Shown: positions 9,065 to 17,570 of the stretch, in pieces | Layout of the letters: each line of letters starts with the position of its first letter | Position numbering within the stretch: position 1 is the stretch's first letter | NCBI GenBank assembly: GCA_022821495.1 | Contig: JAJEDN010000104.1 | Location: 14,043-78,042, forward strand | Length of the DNA stretch: 64,000 nt | Origin: Candidatus Poribacteria bacterium | Lineage (GTDB): Bacteria > Poribacteria > WGA-4E > WGA-3G | Direction of reading: 5' to 3' | The notes under the pieces: generated by a model | Told to the model about the DNA's origin: nothing | The model's input: the letters and a program-made list of their open reading frames with translations, nothing else | Databases searched by the model: none | Position numbers and translations under genes: made by a program

Positions 9065-9852
9065 AGATAGGTGTTACCCAAATCATACTCGGAAACATGT
9101 CGTTGGACGATACGCTCTCCCTTTGCCAAGAGGCAGGATACGATGCCGTTGAACTCACTTTCGGTGAAGGAAAAGACACCGACATCAATATGAGTGATAC
9201 AGAACTGCAAGGCATCGCAGCGAAATGTGAGGCAGCAGGCATTGAAATTGGCAGTATCACAGCAGGTTATGCCGACCGTGGCAACCTCTTGAGTCTGGAT
9301 GCAACGGATCGAGAAAAAGGCGCGGTCTCGCTCGCGCGTGGCTTAGAAGTCGCCGGAGCACTCGGTGTCGGTGGAATCTTATTGCACCCAGGGCAACTCA
9401 CCGCTGATGGAACATATCAAGAAGTCTGGGATAACCTCGTCGGTATCCTAAAAGACTTAGCACCTTCAGCAGAAGCACATAAGGTTGCAATCGGGCTTGA
9501 AAACGTCTGGAACAAATTTCTGTTAAGCCCAAAAGAGATGCGCGACATCGTGGATGAAATAGACAGCGAGTGGGTCGGTACCTACCTTGACACAGCAAAT
9601 ATGATGGCTTACGGCTACCCCGAACACTGGATTCGTGAACTCGGGCACCGCATCAAACGGGTACACTTCAAAGATTTCGCTCGCGGCGCACACCAGTTCG
9701 TCAACTTATTAGATGGAGACACGGATTGGAAAGTAGTGATGGAAGCATTCCGAGCCATCGGCTACGACGGCTACGTCATTCACGAAGTCGGTGGCGACAA
9801 AGAAGCCCAAATCGACCTTGCAAAACGGATGCGTAAGATCGTTTCAATGTAA
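9061..9852 (+). CDS. sugar phosphate isomerase/epimerase (xylose isomerase-like TIM barrel)
   Basis: Length and the motifs GYDAVEL, ILLHPG, GLENVWN and HFKD are typical of this family. Confidence 0.7.
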   Translation: MKIGVTQIILGNMSLDDTLSLCQEAGYDAVELTFGEGKDTDINMSDTELQGIAAKCEAAGIEIGSITAGYADRGNLLSLDATDREKGAVSLARGLEVAGALGVGGILLHPGQLTADGTYQEVWDNLVGILKDLAPSAEAHKVAIGLENVWNKFLLSPKEMRDIVDEIDSEWVGTYLDTANMMAYGYPEHWIRELGHRIKRVHFKDFARGAHQFVNLLDGDTDWKVVMEAFRAIGYDGYVIHEVGGDKEAQIDLAKRMRKIVSM

Positions 9853-9859
9853 TCACAAT

Positions 9860-10024
9860 AGGACCTACGCATTCCCGCTCAAAGTCCCCCTGATAAGCGG
9901 GATTTAGGGGGTTAAAGATGCTCTCAAAGTCCCCTGATAAGGGGGATTTAGGGGGTTAAAAAATACGGAAATCACCGCTCTTTGCGTCTAAATGTCCGAT
10001 ATTTTCCCGATTTGCGTAAGTCCT
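9860..10024 (+). repeat. R1 MITE with two tandem cores
   Basis: TIRs AGGACCTACGCA (9860-9871) and TGCGTAAGTCCT (10013-10024). Core AAAGTCCCCCTGATAAGGGGGATTTAGGGGGTTAAA occurs twice. Ends 45 bp from the 3' end of tRNA-Leu. Confidence 0.7.
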
Positions 10025-10068
10025 ACGCAAAAGAGAAAGCGATGGCTCTATCAGAAACCATCGCCTAA

Positions 10069-10153
10069 TGCCGGAGGTCGGACTCGAACCGACACGGACC
10101 CAGGGCCCGCGGGATTTTGAATCCCGTGCGTCTACCAGTTTCACCACTCCGGC
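10069..10153 (-). tRNA. tRNA-Leu(CAA)
   Basis: Reverse complement reads GCCGGAGTGGTGAAACTGGTAGACGCACGGGATTCAAAATCCCG...GGTTCGAGTCCGACCTCCGGCA. Long variable arm and anticodon loop TTCAAAA. Confidence 0.9.
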
Positions 10154-10393
10154 TCTGCTCAGCAACATAATATTATAGCATACTTTCAGCGAAAAGTCAA
10201 ATTTCTAATTAGCCATCAACCATCAATGCGTTTCTTCAAAAAATCTTTCAGTTTTCAGGACGGTTTTTCTGCGAAAAACCTTTAAGAGACAGTAGTCAGT
10301 AAATAGTTAAGAGTGCCTCGCAGTGAGAGTTCGATGCATCAAGTCTTTCTTTTAACTGGTAACTCGTAACTGGAAACTGACAACTATAAAACC

Positions 10394-11245
10394 ATGGCAA
10401 ACCAACAACGAAACCCAGCATCTGAAAACATAGTCCAACGCATCTTTATGATCGCGGTAGCATTTCTCAGCCAACTCCGTGAAAAAGAGACGTGGCAAAC
10501 CATGTGGCATTGGGTGCTCTGGCGCACCATTCCCAAACGTCGCCGCATTCTTAGGTTGATACAAGACCTCCAACCGCTCCACGTAGACGCGCCTGCTGAA
10601 ATGCGCGCACTTCGGGACGAAGTTTTCGCAAAAAGCTGCTTAGAACTGAAATACGCAGAACAAGAACAGGTTCTCTTAGATATCCTGATACATGCACATC
10701 AACCTCTCGGATTCGAACAAATCTTTTTCGCTGCCATCTATCCGGTCATACTCAAACGCGACATGGAAGCCATCCAAATCACGACTGAAACACCGCATCG
10801 GCTTGACGTAGAAATCGGTTATCTCGGACACAATGAAGATTACTTCTTCTGGGTCCTTGAGATCGACGGCACAAAACGCCTCACACTCAACACACCGCTC
10901 AATCCAAGAGAGGAGACGCGAGCCGACAAACGCTACGTAATCTACTCCCTGGGAAGCACAGGCCTCGTGGATACAGACTTTACCGAATACGCCGCACAAT
11001 GGCTGCTGGACTCACCCCGATTGACAATCGCACTCCCGCTGCTTGCCGCGACTTACGCTGACCAGTGGATCCTCAACGCACGCCTCTATCTCGCACATAT
11101 CTTCGCAGATCTCAAAAAACGGAATTACCAGGTCACAGCAACGGTAATAACCGATTTTGAACGGGAGCGGTTGTCACTCTTACGCCGTCTCTCCCTGGAC
11201 CGGCTAAGAAAACGTCAACTTCTGTCCGAACGCCGAAATCGCTAA
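10394..11245 (+). CDS. hypothetical protein
   Basis: 283-aa ORF with no recognisable motif and an Arg-rich tail. Its 3' end overlaps the convergent peptidase gene by about 113 nt. Confidence 0.4.
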   Translation: MANQQRNPASENIVQRIFMIAVAFLSQLREKETWQTMWHWVLWRTIPKRRRILRLIQDLQPLHVDAPAEMRALRDEVFAKSCLELKYAEQEQVLLDILIHAHQPLGFEQIFFAAIYPVILKRDMEAIQITTETPHRLDVEIGYLGHNEDYFFWVLEIDGTKRLTLNTPLNPREETRADKRYVIYSLGSTGLVDTDFTEYAAQWLLDSPRLTIALPLLAATYADQWILNARLYLAHIFADLKKRNYQVTATVITDFERERLSLLRRLSLDRLRKRQLLSERRNR

Positions 11246-12314
11246 GGTAGATACCCGGCTCAATTGAAAAACAGACACCAGAAATCAAAACCCGTGCATC
11301 ACGCGTCTCCAAGTTATCTAAATTTACACCGTTCCCATGGATAACAGTACCGATATTGTGTCCCGTGCGGTGAATAAAGTAATCGCCATACCCTTTCTCA
11401 GTGATATATCCCCGGACACAATCATCCACCTCATAACCGTGAATCGGTGCATCGGCAGCCCATTTCTCCTTAATGAAGCGTATTGCCCTGTCCCGCGCCT
11501 CCTTAACTATATCAAAAATCTCAATATACTTCGTGGGAACAACTTCCCCAGCGTAAGCGACCCACGTTGTATCCGCAAAAACGGCATCAGAATCTTTCTG
11601 CTTCGCCCACAAATCAATTAAGATAAAGTCTCCGACTTTAATGGCTTGCGTGTCCACCGCTGACGGCGCATAATGTGGGTCGCTGCTCTTCGCATTCACA
11701 GCGACAATAGGCGGATGATCTGTGACCAAATCCATCGCATCAAATTGCCCGAGAATCTCCTGCTGCACGTCGTATTCCGTAATGCTTTTCCCATCCCGCA
11801 GCTGTGCACCGATCCACGCGAAAGCATAATCCTTCGCTTGCAGCACCAAGCGTGCAGAGGCTTGATGCCCTGTTGCTTGTGCCTCACTGAGCCGTGCCTC
11901 CATACGCTGCGCCAGTTCCGCAGACGTACGCACCTCAATTCCAAACGAACGAATCCACTCCAGCGTGCCAGCATCTACCCGCGAAATATAAGGAATCTCG
12001 GCGTTCGGTGAATACTCCATCGCAACTGTTTTGATACCAGCGAGCAGCGTCTGGATCGCTTCATTAAGTTCTTCCCACCCTGCATAGAGTGCAACCTGTC
12101 CTTGCACATCGGTAAAATTCGATGTCTCAATCCGATGGACAAGCCACCGCGGCGCACCTTGTTTAGGAATAAGACAGAACCACCGGCGCGTGATATGCGC
12201 CCCCGCCAAACCAGCCACGTTCTGTGCAATCGGGTTAATCCCCCGAAAATCGTAAAGAAGCCACGCATCTAATTTCAACGCCGCCAGTTCATTCTGAATC
12301 TCGGTTATCTTCAT
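11133..12314 (-). CDS. M24 family Xaa-Pro aminopeptidase/creatinase-like metallopeptidase
   Basis: Motifs HRTGHNIG and FSIEPGIY with pita-bread fold metal ligands. Confidence 0.8.
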   Translation of the reverse strand: MKITEIQNELAALKLDAWLLYDFRGINPIAQNVAGLAGAHITRRWFCLIPKQGAPRWLVHRIETSNFTDVQGQVALYAGWEELNEAIQTLLAGIKTVAMEYSPNAEIPYISRVDAGTLEWIRSFGIEVRTSAELAQRMEARLSEAQATGHQASARLVLQAKDYAFAWIGAQLRDGKSITEYDVQQEILGQFDAMDLVTDHPPIVAVNAKSSDPHYAPSAVDTQAIKVGDFILIDLWAKQKDSDAVFADTTWVAYAGEVVPTKYIEIFDIVKEARDRAIRFIKEKWAADAPIHGYEVDDCVRGYITEKGYGDYFIHRTGHNIGTVIHGNGVNLDNLETRDARVLISGVCFSIEPGIYLSDFGVRTEVDVFLAGPGRDGVRVTTAPVQNRLLPLL

Positions 12315-12382
12315 ATTGCCAACCTCTTGTCAACGGTAAACCCACCCACGACACGGGTATTTAGTTTTACATATTTACTTTT

Positions 12383-12457
12383 GTAGGAGCGAGCTGTGCT
12401 CGCGATCTTGTTATGCTTACAATTTTACTGTAGGAGCGAGCTGTGCTCGCGATCTTG
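12383..12457 (+). repeat. REP-like doublet (GTAG head plus palindrome), direct orientation
   Basis: GTAGGAGCGAGCTGTGCTCGCGATCTTG occurs twice with a 47-bp period. The palindrome is GCGAGC-TGT-GCTCGC. Confidence 0.7.
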
Positions 12458-12549
12458 CGAAAAAATATTGATACCTATAAACGAAAATCAAAGCCAAAAC
12501 CGAAAACTATGGTAAATTTTAGAATTACTTATACACTCTTCATACAAAG

Positions 12550-12692
12550 TCAACCCCCTAAAGAATCAGAATCAGAATCAACGGTATGAAGCCCGTATGG
12601 GCTTCCCCGGGTATGAATGCCTTATGGGCATTCCCCGGGTATGAATGCCTTATGGGCATTCACCGCCCCTTATCAAGGGGACTTTGAGAAGG
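12550..12692 (-). repeat. R1 core interrupted by an R4 insert (two GAATGCC-N5-GGCATTC hairpins)
   Basis: Near reverse complement of 46794-46903. Confidence 0.7.
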
Positions 12693-12777
12693 ACAGGGTT
12701 ATTGATAAATGTCAACTTATTTCTATAATTCACCATAAATCGTCCTGGGGTACGGCACACGGTGTATGCCTACTACT

Positions 12778-15700
12778 TTACCGAATCTCCAACGCAGGCA
12801 AGTTTTCTATAATATCCACCGTCTCCAAGCTCACCGTAATCACCTTCCCAATCAACCTAACAATATACTGCGGATCGTCCGTACGGTTCGGGTCGTTAAC
12901 AATCCCGCTCCGTTTGTCCGTCTTCACACGATACTGATCCACCACCCATTCCAAAGCCGAACGCGTCCCAAGTCGATAGTCAAAAACCTTTGGAGGAATC
13001 CCCGATAACGTCAGAAAATCGTTGTAGATAAGCGAGGTTTTATCCCTGGAGAGTTTCATCTTCTCGACACGCCAATTGAGCGGCACATCCGGCGTTTGGA
13101 CGAACTTGAGTTTATCGTATTCAGGTTGCGATTCGTAGGTGACGTGGAGGTCTGCCAACCGCGCGCCCGCTTCTGCGAATCCCCAGAAATCCGCTGCAAC
13201 CCCCCTGTCAAGGGGGGCAAGGGGGGTTGGGATATGTGGCAGATCGCGTTTGAGGTTCGCTTCGTATTTTTCACGATAGTCAGGATGATGCAGGAGTCCG
13301 TAATTACAATGGAAGATGTCCCATTTGGTAATGGTGTCGTCGTTGTAATGGGTACGGAATTCTGTCAATGCCCAATCGGTGATGTTTTCGCGTCGGTTGG
13401 TGCCGTCTGCATCGTAGATGTAGAAGGGGAAGCATTGAGAACCACCTTGAGGCAATCGATCAGCAAGTTGATTGACCATTAATCCAAACATCGGCCAGTC
13501 TCTTCCGACCTTAAGCCATATCACCCGATTTTCCATTTCGGTTTCTGGCGTGGGAAAGATGAACCGGAAGAGGGAAACTTCATCGTTCATAATGGAATCA
13601 AAAAACAGATTAGATTTCGTGAAAGGACGATAGAGTGAATTTCTTACCTTATGTTCAGCGTATTCGGCAATTTTGTTTTGTTTCAATTCGCGTTTTAAGT
13701 TCCGACTCCATTTGATTTCTTTATCATCAGGTATCACAAAATCATCAAGGTTAACATTTCGATCTGTTCTTTGGCCCCATCGAGTCACTTCAGTATTATA
13801 AGTTTGGATCATTTTACTTATGTTTTCAGTTAGCACGTTTCGATTAAAATTGTAAATCCATGCATCACGACCAGTGAGGATACCGGTACTGTAAGTTTGA
13901 AAAATCACATTTTTTGCCGCATCCTTTAATGCTTTCGCTTCTTTTGTCCCCATTGGCATAAAGGTCTCAAATTCGGTGTGGAGTCCTTCAGTCAGCCATG
14001 TGTGCCGCGTGTCGGGTTGGATCGGTTGCCATGGGACATTGCCTGTATGTTGGTATTCATCCAGAAAGTCGAATTTCTGTTGCTTGTCCCACAAGTCATG
14101 GGTACGATGGTAGAAAATACGCGGTAATTCCGACCGGTTTTCCTTTTTCTTTACAAATAGGTTGATGCTCACGCCGACGCGAATCCCGAACACATTCGCG
14201 TCAGAGACTTTTAACCCTTTCCGCGCATTTCCACCTAAATCGAGGATATAGATTGCATCGCAATCTTCGGCGAGGTGTTTCCGCATGCCGTCAAACGCCA
14301 CGCCGCTGAGAAAACTGTTGTTTGTGACGAAAGCGACAACACCTTCGTCATCAATCCTGTCCAACCCCCATCGAATTGATTTTATGTATGGATCGTAGAG
14401 CGCAGTTCTAAGCGTTGCTTTGGAGTCTTTTGCATAAGTGTCCGCAACCCGCTGGTCCATCGTCTTATACTTCCGGTTTTTGTTGTTATCGTTCTCGTTA
14501 ACCTGTCCCATATTGTAAGGTGGATTGCCGATGACGACGAACATCTCAGTCTCTTTCTGCTTCTCGACGCGCGCCGTGTTCGCAGGTGTGAGGAGCGACA
14601 TCTGTTGGTCCTCTATCATCTCAAACGTATCCACGAGGCAGATACCTTCGTAAGGCATATATTGGTGCGTTGCCGTGTAGAATTCTTGCTCGATGTTCAT
14701 ACTGGCGATATAGTAGGGCAGGAGCATCACCTCATTGCACTGGAGTTCCGGTGGGTCAGCGGTATACTTGCGCTCCAGTGAAATCGGATCAAGTGCCTGC
14801 ATGATACGGACGATGAAGTTGCCAGTGCCGACAAACGGGTCGATGATATGCACGCCACTATCCGAAAGTGAACGATCAAACTCAGTCTGTAAAAGATGCG
14901 CAACGCTCTTCACCATGAAATCGACGATCGGCTGCGGTGTATAGACGATGCCGTGTGTATCCGCAACCTTGACGGAGAACCCTTGAAAAAACTGCTCATA
15001 GACGGTGTTGAGGAATCCCTGTTTCTGTGAGAAATCGGTAATCGTACCGGCAGTCTGCTCAATCGCAGCGTAGAACGGCTCCAAAGGACGGAGAAACTCG
15101 GAACGATTCAGTGTCCGTTCGGTCAGCACGTCAATGACAGTCTCAATTTCACGGGCGATAATATTTCGACGGGTAAAGTCAGGATTATCAAAGACAGTAC
15201 GGAAGATACGTTCTGTCAACAGATGCTGGATGAGCATCTCCTCTACAGCGGCGACAGAAAGGTTCGGGTTAATCGAGGCTTGACACTGCTGATGAAAACT
15301 GGCGAATGCTTCCTGAAAATGTGGGTTGTTTTGGCGTTCTGTTTCGATTAACGCCGCCAATTTGTCACCGAGTTCCGGTACCGTGTCTTTGAATTCAGCG
15401 ACGGCGGTATGCCATGCTGAGATGTTCTCCGCTTGATAGGTGAAGAAGGTCTGGAGCACTTGGATAAGGTTTCTCGGCTCGGTGATGTCAAGGTCAAGTT
15501 GAAGTCGTCCGTGCTGATAGAGGAGCGCGTGGGTGGGAGATTGGATGACGATATTTTTCAAGGGGTAACCCACCGCAAACTTCTTATCTGCTTCAGTGTG
15601 GAGATCGTCCTGGGTATCTTTCGCTTCCCAGTAGCCGTGTGGCAGACCATAAGTATCGACAACTTCACCATCGGGTTGGATACGCCTGTAACCCCCCTTA

Positions 15701-15900
15701 CCCCCCTTATCAGGGGGGAGAATGTGGCTTTTTTCACAGAGGAGCGTGAGGTTAGATTGGCGGCAGTAGTGCTGGAGAAGGTCTTGAAATGCAGCGCGGA
15801 CAGTGCCCTCATTTTCTATCCCATGCTGCGCATATTTTTCGAGCTCAGCATAGTAGTTTTTGATGGGCTTGTGTGTCGGTTTGATAGTGAAATCTGGCAT
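12778..15900 (-). CDS. single-chain restriction-modification-type enzyme: N-terminal PD-ExK motif, N6-adenine methyltransferase and a type ISP-like C-terminal domain
   Basis: IQPDGE...GYWEAKD (D-x14-E-x-K), DPFVGTGNF (motif I), VIGNPPYN (motif IV), and C-terminal RSALEWVVDQYRVKTDKRSGIVNDPN. No helicase domain. Confidence 0.75.
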   Translation of the reverse strand: MPDFTIKPTHKPIKNYYAELEKYAQHGIENEGTVRAAFQDLLQHYCRQSNLTLLCEKSHILPPDKGGKGGYRRIQPDGEVVDTYGLPHGYWEAKDTQDDLHTEADKKFAVGYPLKNIVIQSPTHALLYQHGRLQLDLDITEPRNLIQVLQTFFTYQAENISAWHTAVAEFKDTVPELGDKLAALIETERQNNPHFQEAFASFHQQCQASINPNLSVAAVEEMLIQHLLTERIFRTVFDNPDFTRRNIIAREIETVIDVLTERTLNRSEFLRPLEPFYAAIEQTAGTITDFSQKQGFLNTVYEQFFQGFSVKVADTHGIVYTPQPIVDFMVKSVAHLLQTEFDRSLSDSGVHIIDPFVGTGNFIVRIMQALDPISLERKYTADPPELQCNEVMLLPYYIASMNIEQEFYTATHQYMPYEGICLVDTFEMIEDQQMSLLTPANTARVEKQKETEMFVVIGNPPYNMGQVNENDNNKNRKYKTMDQRVADTYAKDSKATLRTALYDPYIKSIRWGLDRIDDEGVVAFVTNNSFLSGVAFDGMRKHLAEDCDAIYILDLGGNARKGLKVSDANVFGIRVGVSINLFVKKKENRSELPRIFYHRTHDLWDKQQKFDFLDEYQHTGNVPWQPIQPDTRHTWLTEGLHTEFETFMPMGTKEAKALKDAAKNVIFQTYSTGILTGRDAWIYNFNRNVLTENISKMIQTYNTEVTRWGQRTDRNVNLDDFVIPDDKEIKWSRNLKRELKQNKIAEYAEHKVRNSLYRPFTKSNLFFDSIMNDEVSLFRFIFPTPETEMENRVIWLKVGRDWPMFGLMVNQLADRLPQGGSQCFPFYIYDADGTNRRENITDWALTEFRTHYNDDTITKWDIFHCNYGLLHHPDYREKYEANLKRDLPHIPTPLAPLDRGVAADFWGFAEAGARLADLHVTYESQPEYDKLKFVQTPDVPLNWRVEKMKLSRDKTSLIYNDFLTLSGIPPKVFDYRLGTRSALEWVVDQYRVKTDKRSGIVNDPNRTDDPQYIVRLIGKVITVSLETVDIIENLPALEIR
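13198..13229 (+). repeat. R1 core embedded in-frame in the RM gene (antisense to the CDS)
   Basis: CCCCCCTGTCAAGGGGGGCAAGGGGGGTT compared with the intergenic core TCCCCCTGATAAGGGGGATTTAGGGGGTT. Encodes PTPLAPLDRGV. Confidence 0.6.
15690..15721 (-). repeat. R1 core embedded in-frame in the RM gene (sense to the CDS)
   Basis: The minus strand reads CCCCCCTGATAAGGGGGGTAAGGGGGGTT. Encodes LPPDKGGKGGY, 6 aa before the PD of the nuclease motif. Confidence 0.6.
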
Positions 15901-16024
15901 GTCCTTTCCCTATATGTTGTAGATGGACGAAACAAGGTCAAATTATACATAGATTCGGGCGGAATTTCAAGGAAAATTTTGTTATATAGCCGAACCATTC
16001 AGTTGAAACCCTTCCCAAGACATA

Positions 16025-16053
16025 TTGACAATTAACCGTTCACACCGTATAAT
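16025..16053 (+). promoter_or_regulatory. consensus sigma70 promoter TTGACA-17-TATAAT
   Basis: Hexamers at 16025-16030 and 16048-16053. GGAGGA lies 8 nt before the ATG at 16084. Confidence 0.55.
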
Positions 16054-16083
16054 ACCCGTTAAATCAACACGGAGGATGCGGAA

Positions 16084-16389
16084 ATGGATCTTAATTTCAT
16101 AGACTTGGAATTCACGGCTCTATTTGGTGCTTTAGGCGGTTTTTTGGGAATGAGTGCTGTAATCCTAACAGTTCTGGTACATATCGTCTTTGCCATAGCC
16201 GTCTACCGAGATGCAACTGACTTAGATCGCGTACGAACTTTGATTATAGCAGGTCCTGCGATATGGTGTATAGCAACCCTCATTGGCGGTGTAATCACAG
16301 CGGCTATCTATTGGGCAATGCATCACTCGCGCCTCAACCCAGACATCCCTATCGCCGCCACAGACACAACAGAAACCGAAGAAACGTAA
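16084..16389 (+). CDS. small membrane protein
   Basis: Two to three hydrophobic helices, with a good promoter and SD upstream. Confidence 0.45.
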   Translation: MDLNFIDLEFTALFGALGGFLGMSAVILTVLVHIVFAIAVYRDATDLDRVRTLIIAGPAIWCIATLIGGVITAAIYWAMHHSRLNPDIPIAATDTTETEET

Positions 16390-16451
16390 AAGAATAACAC
16401 GGATACCACTGCTACCCTGCAAAACAAGAAATCAATTGCCAATTACAACCT

Positions 16452-16796
16452 ATGGATCCATCTGAAAAACAGAAATATCCGCAAGAATACTTAGAAAAAT
16501 GTCGGCACCCTGAAATCCAAGCACTCCGTCCCGAAACAGCAGAGCCTGAAGCCGTATGGATACCGACATCCGAACAACTACAACAACTCCTAACACAGAA
16601 ACTCCCCTACCCAGATCGGTCAGTTTTCCAACGCACCGCAGACGGTTGGGAATACCAAACCTATTTTCGGGAGTGGGCTGCCGATTACGGCACTTATATT
16701 GATACACACAGACAGTTCGTTGGAACCAATGCCGAAAGTGTGCTTTTAGAGGCACTAATAGCACTGCTCGGTATCAGCGAACGATGGATGGTTTAA
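16452..16796 (+). CDS. hypothetical protein
   Basis: ORF only. Confidence 0.35.
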   Translation: MDPSEKQKYPQEYLEKCRHPEIQALRPETAEPEAVWIPTSEQLQQLLTQKLPYPDRSVFQRTADGWEYQTYFREWAADYGTYIDTHRQFVGTNAESVLLEALIALLGISERWMV

Positions 16797-16808
16797 TTAG
16801 AGGAAATT

Positions 16809-17519
16809 ATGACATTTGCAACGCTACTAACAACAATTCGAGACTACAAACAGGCAGGCATCTCAAACCTTGAAACCTTAACAACGCTGATCAATGACGC
16901 ATTTGGTGACTGGCTCGCATCACAAGGAGTCAGCTGCCTCACCATGCTGTCACCGGACAAATTGTGTCTGAATGTAACAGGGTCGTTAAAACACACTAAT
17001 TCCGCGGAGGGCATCGGATTCCACTCCCGGTTCCTCGTGATTTTTTTAGACGACGTAGCAGAAGCACCCGAGACAATAGCAGAGGCACTTAAATCCTACA
17101 CTTCAGACGGCGATGGTGCCTATGTCTGGGTGATTCCAGACGGGTACATGGCAGCGTTAACCCCAGCAGAGCAGGAATGGGAACAGCACGGCGGCGGCTA
17201 TTTCTCACATGAATCTATATGTATCTCCAACACCGCCGATATAGATACCCGTTGTGTCTTAGAAGTGCTTTATGAGGATCCCGGGCTGGAGAACGTCTCT
17301 TGTGAATTTGACGTGCCAGCGCATCGATCGGTGCATTACCGACTCGATAAACTCAAAGCCGAAAACGGTGAACCGCTGATTGCCAAAGATGCCCCTGTCA
17401 GTTATAAAATCACGAGCCGCGATGCCCGGATCGTCGTTCAAGGCTCGCGCATCCTGACAAGCGGTGAAAACAGCATATTCGCCAGCTTCGGCACCGTCAT
17501 GGCGTGGTCCCCGCAATAG
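16809..17519 (+). CDS. protein with a C-terminal ASRT-like (sensory rhodopsin transducer fold) domain
   Basis: C-terminal about 120 aa (HESICISNTADIDTRCVLEVLYED...VPAHRSVHYRL...IVVQGSRI) resembles the Anabaena ASRT family as I remember it. The N-terminal about 110 aa is unassigned. Confidence 0.4.
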   Translation: MTFATLLTTIRDYKQAGISNLETLTTLINDAFGDWLASQGVSCLTMLSPDKLCLNVTGSLKHTNSAEGIGFHSRFLVIFLDDVAEAPETIAEALKSYTSDGDGAYVWVIPDGYMAALTPAEQEWEQHGGGYFSHESICISNTADIDTRCVLEVLYEDPGLENVSCEFDVPAHRSVHYRLDKLKAENGEPLIAKDAPVSYKITSRDARIVVQGSRILTSGENSIFASFGTVMAWSPQ

Positions 17520-17570
17520 CACCTTTTCTTTCTAATGCTACCATAACTGAGTCCCTACGGCTGATAGCCA

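Noticed and set aside
9956-10168. A 70-aa ORF overlapping tRNA-Leu, and ORFs at 4747-5041 overlapping the tmRNA.
   Set aside because: They are explained by the RNA genes.
9860-10393. An integrative island at tRNA-Leu.
   Set aside because: There is no integrase and no tRNA-fragment direct repeat. Only small repeats flank the tRNA.
13198-15721. An invertible, phase-variable segment bounded by the two inverted R1 cores inside the RM gene.
   Set aside because: Inversion would destroy the ORF rather than swap specificity domains. No recombinase is nearby. The arms are only about 30 bp and imperfect.
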